DNA from: Eledone cirrhosa
Taxonomy: Eukaryota
Assembly: GCA_964016885.1 (NCBI GenBank)
Contig: OZ024743.1
Location: 45,818,001-45,882,000 of the forward strand
Direction: 5' to 3'
DNA: 64,000 nucleotides
A model generated the notes under the pieces. It ran no database searches and was not told where the DNA came from. It saw nothing but the letters and a program-made list of their open reading frames with translations. This document shows positions 36,998 through 50,797 of this stretch, piece after piece. A program made the position numbers and the translations under genes. How positions within the stretch are numbered: the first letter of the stretch is position 1; every line of letters starts with the position of its first letter.

Positions 36998-38995
36998 GTG
37001 GCACAAACCGATTTTGAAAAACCGAAAATAATTAACCTTTCAAATACAAACCTCTCAGCCCAACAAGTAAACATTATCTCCAAAGGACTGAAATTCACAC
37101 CAACACCACAATACTCTAACCCCAATGAGATAAATGACGATATCTCACACTTCTGTAGAAAATTACGTCTCACAGAGGAATTCTTTGACAAGGAGAATAA
37201 CGACGAATCAATTGTACGGAATAAAAGCAGCTACAACCCAACAAAAGGTAGAAACAGAGTTCTGGACAAATTTTGTGACCACATAGCTACCTTCCCATAC
37301 CATGAACTACCGCAACCTAAACCCAAACCCAACACGAGTCGAAGGGAATGGGAGATTATCCATGAACTAAAAAACAATACGGACATTATAATTAAGGAAG
37401 CGGACAGCCTGCGTGAACACACAATACCCCACAGACCTTAAATTAAGACCAATTGTAGCGGGCCCACAATGTGAAACACACAGACTGAGCAACTTTATAG
37501 ACATACTACTGAAACCAATACTGAAACACATACCAAGCCTTGTAAGAGACGATCTGGACCTCTTAAACCACCTCCCCAAACATGTCAACAACGACACTAT
37601 TATTGTGTCTTTCGATGTAGTGAATCTCTACACAACGATCCCACACCAATACGGACTAGAAGCAATAGGATTCTGGCTAGAGAAATATCCCAATGGGATA
37701 CCTGACAGAATAGAAAAAAGCTTCATCACCGAGGGATTAAAATTCATCTTACAGAACAACTTTTTTGATTTCGATGGCAATACTTACAAGCAAATATCGG
37801 GGACTGCGATGGGTACAAAAGCCGCTCCAACTTATGCCAACTTAGTCATGGCATACTTAGAAGTCCAGATATATGAACAGTCCAAATCAAAATACGGATT
37901 GAACTTCCACAAATATTTATCAGAGAATTGGAAACGCTACTTGGATGATTGTCTCATTCTTTGATCCCACACACTAGACCAACTGAATGATTTCAAAAAC
38001 TTAATAAACGGCATCAATAACCACATCCAATTCACAATGAAATACAGTCAAGATCAACTCCCATTTCTGGACATCTTAATCTTAAAAAAAGACACAAATA
38101 TCGAAACTGACATACACTACAAACCAACAGATTCCAAACAATATCTGCTATTCACCTCCAACCATCCAAAGCACACGAAGACGAACATCCCTTTTAACCT
38201 AGCAAGAAGAATTTGCACGATTGTCTCCAATTATGAAACGCGAAATAAAAGACTTCAAGAATTAAAGGAAATTCTACTCGAAAGACAGTACCCACTATTA
38301 CTAATAAATAATGGAATAGAAATGGCTAAAGCAATAGGCATTGATGAATTACGGAAACACAGAAACAAATTCAAGGTACGTCCAATATTCTATCATATAT
38401 CTCAACACACGACCCAAGAAATGCGGAAGCTTGCAACACTATTCACAAGAACATCCCACTACTAAAACAAAACCCAAGAATGAAAAAAGCCCTTGAAACA
38501 CACAAAATAATCAAAAGCAAAAGACAACCAAAATCACTGAAAACATTACTCACCAATGCCAAATTACCTACCACAAACCCACAACCAAGTATAAAAAAAT
38601 GTGGTCGCTCTAATTGTGGAACCTGCACTCACCTCATTGAAGGTAACACGTATACATTTAAATCAGGACAAAATTTTACTGTAAAAAATCACTTCACTTG
38701 CTCATCAAAAAATCTACTTTATGCCATTAAATGTAAAGGATGCAATGAAGATTATATAGGACAAACTAAACTCACACTCAGAAACAGAATGACAGTTCAT
38801 CGCCAACAATTACGAGATCCAACCACGAGACAGATACCACTAAGTGCACATCTAGACATTTGCGCAAGTAATAAGACACCGAAATTCCAAGTCTTCCCAT
38901 TTTACCTTTGTGCTAACAATACAACAGAACAAATACGAATAAATAAGGAAAATATGTTTATTCAAAAATATAGACCAACATTAAATATGGTTTAA
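36998..38995 (+). pseudogene. PLE RT-GIY-YIG polyprotein (internal deletion, stop, frameshifts)
   Basis: ORF pieces 36998..37441, 37413..37964, 38037..38465 and 38480..38995. Confidence 0.88.
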
Positions 38996-39458
38996 TATAC
39001 ATTATGTCAACACCATAATATGACATACACACACACACACATAACACCTTCTACTTTAGAAAATAAAAACCCGAACTAAATAAACCTTAACATACGTTTG
39101 CACTGACAATACAACAGAACAAATACGAATAAGTAAGGAAAATATGTTCACTCAAAAACATTCCTACTAAAGGAATCATTTTCCTACACACACACACACA
39201 CAATATATATATATATATTCTCTTCATCTTAACATGCTAACCATACTCCCACACACATAACACCCATACACACACATAACAACACCCACACCCACAACTC
39301 CCCTCCCCCATTTCTACTAATAGAACCACTTTCCTACACACATATACACACACACAAAATATATATTCTCTCCATCTTAACATACTCGCACACACACATA
39401 ACACCCATATACACACACACAACTCCCTCCCCCAATTCTACTAATAGATTCATCTTCC

Positions 39459-39469
<11 letters not shown>

Positions 39470-39515
<46 letters not shown>

Positions 39516-40140
39516 GCACACAAATAAACATACATATATTTACTTCAATAGAAAATCTGAACTCTGACACCCCAGCGAACTAACCATATCCACTGAACCA
39601 GAACAATTCTCCCAATCCCATTTCTCTTGACCACTATCTTTCCATTGTCATAACATTCTATATAAAGGCTACAGAATAGATTTCCAAATAAGGGCGCAAT
39701 AATGTAATGAAAACTTGTCCACGTGACAGCCAAGTTTCATTTATAACCAATCAAATCACGTTTATTAAAAAAAAGCCTTCGTGCCACCTTTTTTTTAAGT
39801 AAAGAAATTCAAACACACACACAATACACACACACACACACAAGCACACAAATAAACATACATATCTTTACTTTCTTTATTCAATAGAAAATCTGAATTC
39901 TGACACCCCAGCGAACTAACCATATTCACTGAACCAGAACAATTCTCCCATCACTTTCTCTTGACCATTATCTTTCACTTATCATAAAATTCTCTAAAAA
40001 GGCTACAGAATGGATTTCCAAATAAGGGCACGGAAATTTAATGAAAACTTGTTCACGTGACAGCCATAATTTCATTTATAACCAACCAAAAAAAAGCCTT
40101 CGTGAGCCCCTTTTTTCAAGTAAAAAGAAATTCAAACACT
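39470..40140 (+). repeat. Two diverged tandem ~330-bp repeats in the PLE 3' region
   Basis: caagcacacaaataaacatac...tctgacaccccagcgaactaaccatat...aaagaaattcaaacac occurs twice. Confidence 0.85.
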
Positions 40141-40354
40141 CATATATGAAAAAAACAACCTGAGCACCCCCCCCCCCTTCTTTGAAGAACTTTGTAACGC
40201 GAACTGGCGAGAAATGTATTATACTTATTGAACAACCAATCAAATTACTTCTCTAAAATCCTGGCGTTTCGAGCCACTTTTTTCCATATAAAACAAGTAA
40301 CATTCAGAGACCAACCAGATGTGAGAAAAACCACAGACCCTCCATCTCAACTCA

Positions 40355-40392
40355 CCTTTTGAAAAGCAGAAGAACTGCGAAACCGGTAAAGG
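40355..40392 (+). ncRNA. Minimal type I hammerhead, variant core
   Basis: CCUU-UUGAAAA-GCAG agaa CUGC-GAAA-CCGG-UA-AAGG. The core deviates from CUGANGA at two positions. Confidence 0.65.
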
Positions 40393-40523
40393 AACCAAAT
40401 AAATATATATATTTTTTTTTAAAATAAGACTCCAGTTGCATTTTCGATTTCATCTCTTTTTCTTTATACTTTCACTCGTGTAGGACACCTCGGTTATTTT
40501 TCATTTTGTAAAAAAAACCTCAC

Positions 40524-40634
<111 letters not shown>

Positions 40635-40686
40635 AAATAGCCCTTTTGGAAGCCTCTAATGTGTGTATATATATAATATATACATA

Positions 40687-40720
<34 letters not shown>

Positions 40721-40722
40721 CG

Positions 40723-40830
<108 letters not shown>

Positions 40831-40883
40831 TATATATATATGGGGCGTGTATCTATCTATCTATATATATATCACATATATAT

Positions 40884-41128
40884 ATAAGAAAAACAGGATT
40901 TCGCTTCAAGCATAGCTTTATACAATATGTCTAATTATTTCGTATCTCCAAAGAAATACGGTTTTAGGAAGCCGTAGCGATGCAAACACCGGGGGGCTAA
41001 CGCCCTCTGGTGATGTCCAGCAGAAGCAAGGGGGACAACCGTCTATGCATTTCAGGCTCAACTTATAATAGAAAAATTTATACATATTGTATAAAGCTAT
41101 GCTTGAAGCGAAATCCTATTTCTTTTCT
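40884..41128. repeat. ~60-bp inverted repeats enclosing a GC-rich structured spacer
   Basis: aggatttcgcttcaagcatagctttatacaatatgt / acatattgtataaagctatgcttgaagcgaaatcct. Confidence 0.85.
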
Positions 41129-41588
41129 ATAGTGTTCAAAGCACATGTGAAGTCCAAAGAGGAGAAACCCCCTAGTTTTGGCAAATGAATTCAGTATGTG
41201 TAGTGATTGCGAAAATTTGCAAAGAAAAGCACAAAACGAATTAAGCTCTCAACCGAGTAGTTTTTAAAATAAACTTAAGCGATTAATCAGTCAATAGAAT
41301 TAACTAAAAAAAATCAAAAAAATGAACTGGGTAATTGCTAGGCTTGGGAGATTAATACAAATATACATTTAGCGGGAATCGCATTTCGGCGAGTAGAAAT
41401 TAACGAAACGCAACTTCCGAATTGTGTTGGCGAGCGCTCAATGGATTTGAATATACTAGAGCTATAAACATAAGTTTAAAAGGTCATACAAAACTGAGAC
41501 GATGGTTAAGAAGCCATTAACCACCTAAGCCAAAAACGCGAGCAAGCTAAGCGGGTGAAACAAAAATAAGATATGATTTAAACATGAT

Positions 41589-41650
<62 letters not shown>

Positions 41651-41779
41651 GAATGTATGTATAGTATATTTGGTAATATACCGTATGTTTAATTAAAAAC
41701 ATTTTGAAGATCTTGCGCTATCATTTTAAAGTAATGAATATGTCACTTACTTCTTTTTTCAGCAAAGGAAGGGAGAGAA

Positions 41780-41820
41780 GCTGACAGATTCTGTTTCACA
41801 CTGTTGGAGTTCCTCAGAGC
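41780..41820 (-). ncRNA. Type I hammerhead ribozyme
   Basis: GCU-CUGAGGA-AC...GU-GAAA-CAG aau CUG-UC-AGC. Core and helix III are intact; helix II is partly decayed. Confidence 0.7.
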
Positions 41821-42039
41821 AAGGTACTCGCCGACCTCTGCTGAAAATTATAGAGGCTGGATTCTTATAGAATTCCAGTAATAATCAGGAACTGATTATA
41901 CAGAGCAATTTCAGAGACCAATCCTAATTTATAATTTTTGCTGGACCGGCAATAACTCTGTATAATCAGTTCCTGATTATTACTGGAATTCTATAAGAAT
42001 CCAGCATCTATAATTTTCGGTCGAAGTAGGGAGTACGTG

Positions 42040-42079
42040 GCTCTGATGAACGCCAACCAGCGTGAAGCAGATTGTCAGC
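42040..42079 (+). ncRNA. Type I hammerhead ribozyme (GAAG variant)
   Basis: GCU-CUGAUGA-ACGC caacca GCGU-GAAG-CA gau UG-UC-AGC. Confidence 0.7.
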
Positions 42080-42509
42080 TTCTCTCCCTTCTTTCACCGA
42101 AAAGAAGTAAGTGACATAGTCACCACTTTAAAACTGATAGCGTATGGTTTTCTACATGTTTTTAATTAAACATACAGTATATTGCCAAATTTACTATACA
42201 TACATTCATATATATATATGTATGTATGTATGCATCTATGTATGTGTGTGTATATGTTTGTATGTGTGTGTGTATGTATGTATGTATGTATATGTGTGTG
42301 TATGTATATATGTTTGTGTGTGTGTATATGTATGTTTGTATGTGTGTGTGTATGTATGTGTGTGTGTGTGTGTATGTATGTAGATGTGTATATATATATG
42401 TATGTTCTCCTGGTTTTATAATTTCACAAAGTTTTACCAATAGAGAGAGAGAGTCGGTTTCTAACATAGACACAAGACTCTCTCATTGGAATTTACACAA
42501 AATCAACTA

Positions 42510-43382
42510 GGTAGATATGTATGTATGCATGCATGTGTAGACATGGATGTTATTGTATGTGTGGATGTGTATGCTTTTAGTTTTATTAGATGCAACATAT
42601 TTGGAATGTTTTACATATTTTTACTGTTCCATTAATGGATTGTACTTGTAATTTCCTAACTAGTTGTGTTCTTTCTGTTCCTGTGAAGCCTAGCTTCTCA
42701 GGATTTGTATTGAGGCAGTTACTAACATATCCCAGTGCCACAATAATCACAGGCATAAATCTGAAGGTGTAATCAGGGTGTAGTATCTGCAGATTTCTCA
42801 TCAGTTCTGCATAAATGTTCTCCTTTTCACTAATCTTTGATATTATATTGGCATCTGCTGGGCAGTTAATTTCCACTACTGTGCATGTTTTCTTCTCCCT
42901 GTCCTATATCATCATATCTGGTCTGTTATGCCTGCATTTTATTGGGGTTTTTACTGGAACATTCCATCAGTACTCTTTCATATTATGTACATGGATATCT
43001 TCCACAATGCTGTAGCTGTTAATGTGTTTATTATTGGGGCTATCTTTTTTACGAACTGCATTATACAGTGTTTTGGCCACTACATCATGCCTCATAGGTA
43101 GATAGTACCGCGATGACATCTTTGGACAGCTGCTGATGACATGGGTGATATCCCCGATGTTAGTTCTGCAGAGTCTGCACTTGTTATCACATCGAGGGGT
43201 TTTGCCTGCATCCCTATCTCTTTTGTGAATCAGGTATTTCGTGTTAATCTCCTGTTCTTTGATTACAAAAGCGTATCCTTCAAAGTGGGAGCCAATATAG
43301 CGGTTGTTGGTCCAAGATAGACTACTTTCCTTATCTATATTACTCTCACTCTGGAGCTTCCTGGCAACATATCCATGCATGA
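42510..43382 (-). mobile_element. R4/Dong-like non-LTR 3' fragment (CCHC + restriction-like endonuclease)
   Basis: QEINTKY, CRLC......ITHVISSC, RHDVVAK, RPDMMI, VVEINCPAD, KENIYAEL. Embedded in (TATG)n. Confidence 0.8.
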
Positions 43383-44210
43383 TTTATGTATGTGTATGTG
43401 TATGTATGTATGTGTGTATTTTTGTATATGTATGTATGTGTGTGTGTATGTATGTATGTGTGTGTATGTATGTATGTGTGTGTGTGTATATATGTATGTA
43501 TGTGTATGTGTATGTATGTATGTGTATATGTATGTATATGTATGTATGTATGTGTGTGTATGTATGTATATGTGTGTGTATGTATGTGTGTGTATGTATG
43601 TATATGTGTGTGTATGTATGTATGTGTGTGTGTGTATATATGTATGTATTAATGTGTGTGTATGTATTTATGTGTGTATGTATGTATATGTTTGTATGTG
43701 TGTGTATGTATGTATATATGTGTGTATATATGTATGTATGTATGTGTGTGTATTATGTATGTGTGTATGTTTGTATATGTATGTATGTGTGTGTATGTAT
43801 GTGTGTGTGTATGTATGTATGTGTATGTGTATGTATGTATGTGTATGGTATGTGTGTATATATATGTATGTATGTGTGTGTGTGTATGTATGTATGTGTG
43901 TGTATGTATGTATGTGTGTATGTATGTATATGTATGTATGTGTGTGTATGTATGTATGTGTGTGTATGTATGTATGTGTGTATGTATGTATACGTATGTA
44001 TGTGTGTGTGTATGTGTGTATGTATGTGTGTGTATGTATGTATGTGTGTATATATATGTATGTATGTATGTGTGTGTGTATGTATGTGTGTATGTATGTA
44101 TATGTATGTATGTATGTACGTATGTATGTGTGTATGTATGTATGTGTATGTATGTATGTGTGTATATATGTATGTATGTGTGTTTGTATGTATGTATGTA
44201 TGTATGTATG
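43383..44210. repeat. Mixed (TATG)n/(TG)n microsatellite (continues at 44830-45250)
   Basis: Visible simple repeat. Confidence 0.95.
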
Positions 44211-44830
44211 TCAGGTCACCAGTTGGTGCTACTGTTAACAGTAGCACCAACTGGTGACCTGTACAACCTGTCTCATGGTCGGGTCGTTGGCGACTAAACT
44301 GGCAACCCAACCAAGGTTTCTTGGTGAGGAGGGTGACTTTGGACATCCTGCAGGAGTAAAAACAAAACCTGTCAAAGGGAAAAGGAGCTCTTAAGAGTCA
44401 ATGGCCATCCAAAATCACTGGGAGAGATGACCCCTTAGCCTTTGTCAAGGCAGAATTCTAGGAGAAGGAAAACTCTGATATAACACCTGCAACCCTGATG
44501 GTTTCCAATGATGTTGACTTGTTCTTCTTTTTGGTAAATATCATCTTGGTTAAGAGAGTGGGACTGGCTTTGTGCAGTGCCTTTGCTCACTATAAAAGCT
44601 TCATGGCACAGGCATTGCTTTATATCTGGAGATCTCTCTGTACTTGTCGTCACATGGTGCCATAGGCCCAGCACTATGTGTCAATAATTGTCACAGGTGT
44701 AGTGTTTGTACCAGAGTTTTCAAGTCGCTGGCTGGACTAAAAAGTCACACTTGTTTAGTGCATCAGTAGGGGTTCTCCTACATGTATATAAAGTAGTGGC
44801 CGTACTCGAAAACGAGTTGGCAGCCACCAT
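44211..44830 (+). mobile_element. Bipartite non-autonomous RTE-type element, copy 2
   Basis: Colinear with 13297-13900. Its 5' end carries a 50-bp perfect palindrome. Confidence 0.72.
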
Positions 44831-45630
44831 GTATGTGTGTATGTATGTATATGTATGTATGTGTGTGTATGTATGTATGTGTGTGTATGTATGTATGTAT
44901 GTGTGTGTATATATATGTATGTATGTGTGTATGTATATATATGTATGTATGTGTGTGTATGTATGTATGTGTGTATGTATGTATGTATGTGTGTATGTAT
45001 GTATATGTATGTATGTATGTGTGTATGTATGTATGTGTGTATGTATGTATGTATGTGTGTATGTATGTATATGTATGTATGTATGTGTGTATGTATGTAT
45101 GTGTGTATGTATGTATGTATGTGTGTATGTATGTATATGTATGTATGTATGTGTGTGTATGTATGTATGTATGTGTGTATGTATGTATATGTATTATGTA
45201 TGTATGTATGTGTGTGTATGTATGTGTGTGTGTATATATATATATATATATTGCTACATTTTACTGTCACTGTATCTTAGATACTGATCTTATATTATGT
45301 ATATATTGAGCTTACTACATTTGTAACTACAAATTGTTTTGTGAGAACAAAATTCTCTCAAGGTACTACAAGCAGTCTTTATCTTATTTTGTTATCTTAA
45401 TTGACACCTATCCAAAGTGTATATCTTTACCTAGTAGTCTACTTTGCCTAAATTTTCTGTTGGTTGTAATTCTATTTTACTTCAAATCATTTCTACTATC
45501 CTGCAGTTCCCTAATGCCTAATTTGGTAATTATCTTTTTTACCTTCATACAGAAGGGAGTTTATCAATAATAATGAAAGACCAATTGACGGCACAGAAAT
45601 ATTCTGTGTTGCCAATTGTGTGTGTGTGTG

Positions 45631-48600
45631 TGTCCCACTCTACACCTTTTTCCCCACATACATGGGAAAAAATACCCAGAAAGTAAAAGTAACAAATATC
45701 ACACCAAATGTAAACATCTGGTGGATATTAGCTGGCTTCATCAATTTTGATGAAGATCCAGTAATTTCGGTAGGAAATTCCCCCAGGGGCATATTCAACG
45801 GTACAATCTTAGAAGTTCTGGTCCAAATGAGACCAGAACGGATAGCTAGAATATCACAACGTGTGCCTCTGGATGGAAATTCCTACATAAACATTTCTGT
45901 TGAGGGTAGGCGGCCTTCATGTTACCACTGTTTAAACAGTGGTCACCTGAGGGCTTCCTGTCCTCAATTAACTCCATTAAAAAAAGGCACTACTGCCGAC
46001 ACCCAACACAACAACAACACACAAAAACAGACCAAACCGCAAACACAGTCCCACCCAACTCCTCACCACCTAAAACAACTCCAGAAACACCTACACACAT
46101 AACAGCTCCCCAAAATGTACCCCTCCCCAACAACACGGATGAGGCCTCATCATCGTCACCCAGTGACGACGAGGGAGAGCCTTTCCGACCAGTAAAAAGA
46201 AAAAAGAAAAGACATTACACAAACAAAAATGCAACAAACACACAAACACCAACACAAGCGACGCAAACAGCACAAACAAAAACACCCCCTCCTGAAAACA
46301 AAATACCTACTACAAAACGTAAACACACAAAAGAACCACAGAAAAAAAGCAACACAACACAACAAAAATGTTACACCTACATAAATACTAACAATAAAAC
46401 TTTAACAGACACCATATAAAAAAACCCTCCGAAGGGAAAACTTTTACACACTCTTCGGAGGATCCTAATCTTAAAATGATTAGGATCTCCATGGACACAC
46501 ATAAACAGTTAAAAGAAAACTTTTCTAACGACGTGGGTAACCCCTGCGTCAAACCCTATAAGCGCGTCCTTTTGAAATGTTTCCCCACCCCCACCCCAGA
46601 CAACCCCACCCCATCTGACACCCCCTCCCCACCAACATCTCCGTCCCCACCTCACCCCGCCAGATACCAGCACCCCACCAAACAACCCCTCCAACACCCT
46701 CATGGAAATTGTTCAGCTTGGTCCCCAGGAGACGAAGAGATGAGTGATTTCTTTTCCTCTTCTTTTAACTTTTCAACACCAGCATGGCCAATATAAGAGT
46801 TGGATGTGTGAATGTATGCGGCCTGGGAATGCCCTGGAAACAGGGCAAACTCTTAAACGACATCAGGTCGCACAATATGGATGTAGTAGCCATTTGTGAG
46901 TCCAAGATCCACAGCGAGCGACAATTGGTCCCCATCTTCGACGACTTTGAGATCTACGCATCTCTCTGTCAGCCGGGAGGTGGGGTGGGGTTGCCGTTTT
47001 GCTGCGGAAACACCTGAACCTCGTAACACAGACGATACATTTGGACCCGGAGGGTCGAGTGGTGGTCCTAGACGTTGACGGTAGTGAAGGTGGAGCCTTC
47101 AGGCTGGTGGCCGCATATGCCCCATCCGGGACACCGCGGCCAGACTTCTTCAAACGTCTAGAGACTTTTCTGGGAACGTCCCGCTCCCTGCTGTTAGTGG
47201 GGGACTGGAATGGAATCCTAGATGTACGTTGGGACTATGTGGGAGCATGTCCCGATAGAGGGGTGTAACAGCCTCAAACAGTTATTCGGCCGATTTGACC
47301 TGACCGATAGTTATCGACTAGATTTTCCGACTGTGCCACTGTGGACGTGGACTAATCTTAGCGGAACATCTAGATCGTACCTAGATAGGGTTCTAGTTAG
47401 AAAGAAGGATAGGGACATGTTAAGCTGTCCACAAATGTTCATGGTTGCCTATTCAGATCACAAATTAGTGGCCTGCTTAGTCAACCTTGACAAAACCCAT
47501 AGACAGGCACCGGCTACTGGAAGCTGAACTTGTCGTTACCGATATGCAAAGCCTACAGTAGACGGATTAGCACTTTAGTTAAGCAGCACTTGGCGGGGGC
47601 CATTGTCAACAACAGATGGTGGTACTCTCCTCAAGAGGGCAGTTAGATTAGACTCGATAGGTTTCAGTAAAGATTTAGTGTTAAATGGAAATAAAACCGA
47701 AAAGGAACTGGTAGATAAAGTAGAAGAGGCACTTAGGAGTGGCAACGTAGCCAGCGTGCTAGCGACGGGAACGGCCTTGGACCAGTTCTTCGACGCAAAG
47801 CTTGAAGGCTGCGTTGTCAGAAACAAAATACGTGCTCTGGGAAACGAGGGAGCCAAAGCTGTTAGCTGGGCCCTGAGTGACGGAGGCGAAAAGTGGCAAC
47901 AAGTCCACGATTCGGTCTTTGAAGGACCAAGACGAACGCGTGATACGTGAGACGAAGCAAATATGCGCGGCCTTTCAGCAGCACTTTGCTCAACTGTTCG
48001 GGCAGGGCGGCGCGCCGGGAGGGGCTGTGCATTTAGGTCCATACATCGACGTCCTACCGCGACTCTCGGACAGCGAGGCGAAGTTTTGCGAACGGCCGAT
48101 TTCGGCCAATGAGATAGGGGACGCGCTGAGCCAATGCGGCAAACGCAAATCTCCAGGTCTCGACGGTCTACCCTACGAATTTTACGTAACAATGCCGGAC
48201 TTGTTCTCCGGTCTCCTGGAAGCGGTCTACTGCAACTGGCAGCAGAAAGGGAGAATTCCCAGTTCTGTGACCAAGGGCGAAATCACGTTAGTCAGGAAGG
48301 ACGAGAACAAGGGGGATGACATAGGCAACTTCCGGCCCATAACTCTGCTCAACACAGAGTTACAGATTTTGGCCAAGGTGTTGGAAAAGAGGCTGGCGCT
48401 TGTAGTCGAAAGCCTGGTGGGAGACGCGCAGACATGCGCAATCCCGACCAGGTCCATACACGACAACCTCCACCTCATGCGATACATCATAGAGAGGATA
48501 GGGTGTAAACCCGGCTTCGGTGGGGCCCTGATCAACTTGGATCAGTCTAAGGCTTTCGATAGGGTTGACCATCGTTACCTGGATGCGGTGCTCGAGGCGG

Positions 48601-50395
48601 CAGGCTTCGCACCCGTGTTCAGGGGCTGGATTGCTGCAATGCACAGCAGCAACATCTGCTCAAGGGTTAAGGTGAACGGCTACCTCTCGGAGCCATTCCA
48701 TATCACGCCATCCATCCGACAAGGATGCCCTCTCTCCCCCCTTCTGTACGTACTGACTATCGAGCCACTACTGCCGAACTTGGAGCTATTACAGGGCATC
48801 CCTTTGGAACCGGGACTGCGAAAAGCGGCGTCGGCCTACGCCGACGACGTGACAGTACTGGTGTCGAGCACCTCGCAAATCGGGGAGGTCGGCACCTTAC
48901 TGGAGGTATACGAAAGGTTCACAGGACCGAAGCTGAACCGGGACAAATCCGTCGGTTTGCAACTCGGAACGTGGAGAGGCAAACCGATGCCTTCTGATGA
49001 CGTCGTCGGACGCTGGACGGAAGGACCGGTAAAGCTGCTCGGAGTCTGATTTGGTCCGGACCTCCAGGTGGAGAAGAACTGGAACGAGGTGACGGCCAAG
49101 GTGTTTGCGCTCACCCAGAAGTGGGCCGAGTGCAAACTATCATTGAAAGGTCGAGCAGAGGTGGCGAACACTTTTATAGCGTCCGTCATCTACTACCGCT
49201 TGACCGTCGTGCCTTGTCCAGCCAAAACGCTCACCAAAATGGAGCGCGCGCTCTTCCAATTCCTTTGGAAGAAACGGGCTCCTTTGGTGAGAAGATCTAT
49301 CTGCTGCCAACCCCCTTCAAACTCAGGGCTGGGGATGCCGTGGCTGACGATGCGCAAACACGCGCTCAGGCTGCGGCCCCTCCACGTATTCCTCACCAGA
49401 CAACCGGTGTGGGCCCCGTTCGTGAGGCGAGCCTTCCCACGACTCGTCTCGCTGACCGAGCTGCAGTCCTGAGTCAAGCAAAGACCTAGGAAAATGGGCG
49501 ACTGGCACATCGAATGTGCTCAGGCGCGCACAGTCCTCTGGCAAACGGTCCCGGCGATCAGTGGAGACTCCACTTCGACATTCTATAGAGGGTTGGTCCG
49601 CAGCAAGTGCAACGACACGCTCGGAGAAACTCTAGGCGTAGAGGAGAACTAACTGGCCAGTCTGTTCGGTAGGACCTTCCGCCCGGGACCAATGGACAAC
49701 TTCCAAAAGTCTCTGGCCTGGCAGTGCTACCGAGGAGCTCTACCAGTTCGAGACAAGCTCTACAGACACGGGCGCCCGGGTAGGGACCTTCGAAAAAGAT
49801 CTGTCCGAGATGCGTGCGCGACGAGGAAACCGTCACGGACGCATTTGTTCACTGACCACCGAGTCCATTGTCATGATCAAACCGCCACCCTCCTTCAAAA
49901 ACGAGGGAGAGGCGGTTTTCCTATGTGTTATGGCTATGGTGAAAGAGGTTGTATGGTGGACGAGGTTAAAAGGGCTGAGGTCAGACATGTTTCTCTCCGG
50001 CGAGCAACTGATTCGTTTTTTCAAATATCATTTTGGAAGAAGTATCAGGATGGAGAGAGAGGTGCTGTACCCCAGCAAATTTTATAAAAGGTGGGTGAAT
50101 GTGGCAAAGATGGCCCGAGTGGTGGCCCTTCTCTCTATATAAGCTTGTAGGTTGAGGAAAAAGAGGAAGAGAGGAAGGGAGTACTCACTCTTGGTGCTCC
50201 TGGAGATGAGGGTTGTACATTTTTTCGGGGTGTGTACAACCTCTGTGTAACACCTCCCCCCTATTGGGAATATTAATTGTTATTTGTTATTTTATTAATA
50301 GTTTTATTTTCATATACCTGTATGTAAACTCCCCATTTGTATTTGTTCCATTCTTTTGTGCCCTTGTGTCTAATAAACAAATTTATCTTTTTCTT
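45631..50395 (+). mobile_element. Tx1-like non-LTR retrotransposon, copy D (5'-truncated in ORF1, decayed)
   Basis: ORF1 with CYHCLNSGHLRASC. ORF2 runs from MANIRVGCVN (46784) through AYADD (ORF 47877..49049) to ~50140. The 3' UTR ends aataaacaaatttatct. Confidence 0.92.
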
Positions 50396-50797
50396 ATAGC
50401 CTTTTTCTTCCTCTGCTTCTCCTACTTTTCTTCTTCTTCTTCTTCTTCTATAAACCTCAAATTATCTTTGCATTCAACTTACTATATTTACCTTATTTTC
50501 AAAAGGTTATAAATCTTTCTTGCCATATTCCTTGCACGTAAAATCGTTTCTTTAGCCTTTCACTTTTCTACAGAAAATTAGTTTCTTCTCATCCTACTAT
50601 GCGACTACTCACTCCTTCACTCTGCTCTTTTCATTGAAGTATTTAACTCCGTTCCTGTACCAGCCTCGAGATATCACATCTACCACGAATAATACGCATA
50701 AAGTTGTGCGTTTTGGCATTACCAGAGCATTCAACAGTATGCGTATTGAAATGACTAGATCTACCCATTAGTTAAACCATCCAACATAAATGTTAAA

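Larger units (their letters stand above)
41645..42212. mobile_element. Non-coding fold-back element (~260-bp diverged arms) with one outward-facing hammerhead per arm
   Basis: 41645-41905 pairs with 41956-42212. Flanked by (TA)n and (TATG)n. Confidence 0.85.

Noticed and set aside
37960-37966. In-frame TGA in the PLE RT as selenocysteine (as reported for Naiad PLEs)
   Set aside because: It falls at a usual Trp position after YLDDCLIL (TGG to TGA) in an otherwise decayed copy with a C-terminal EN. No SECIS was recognised.
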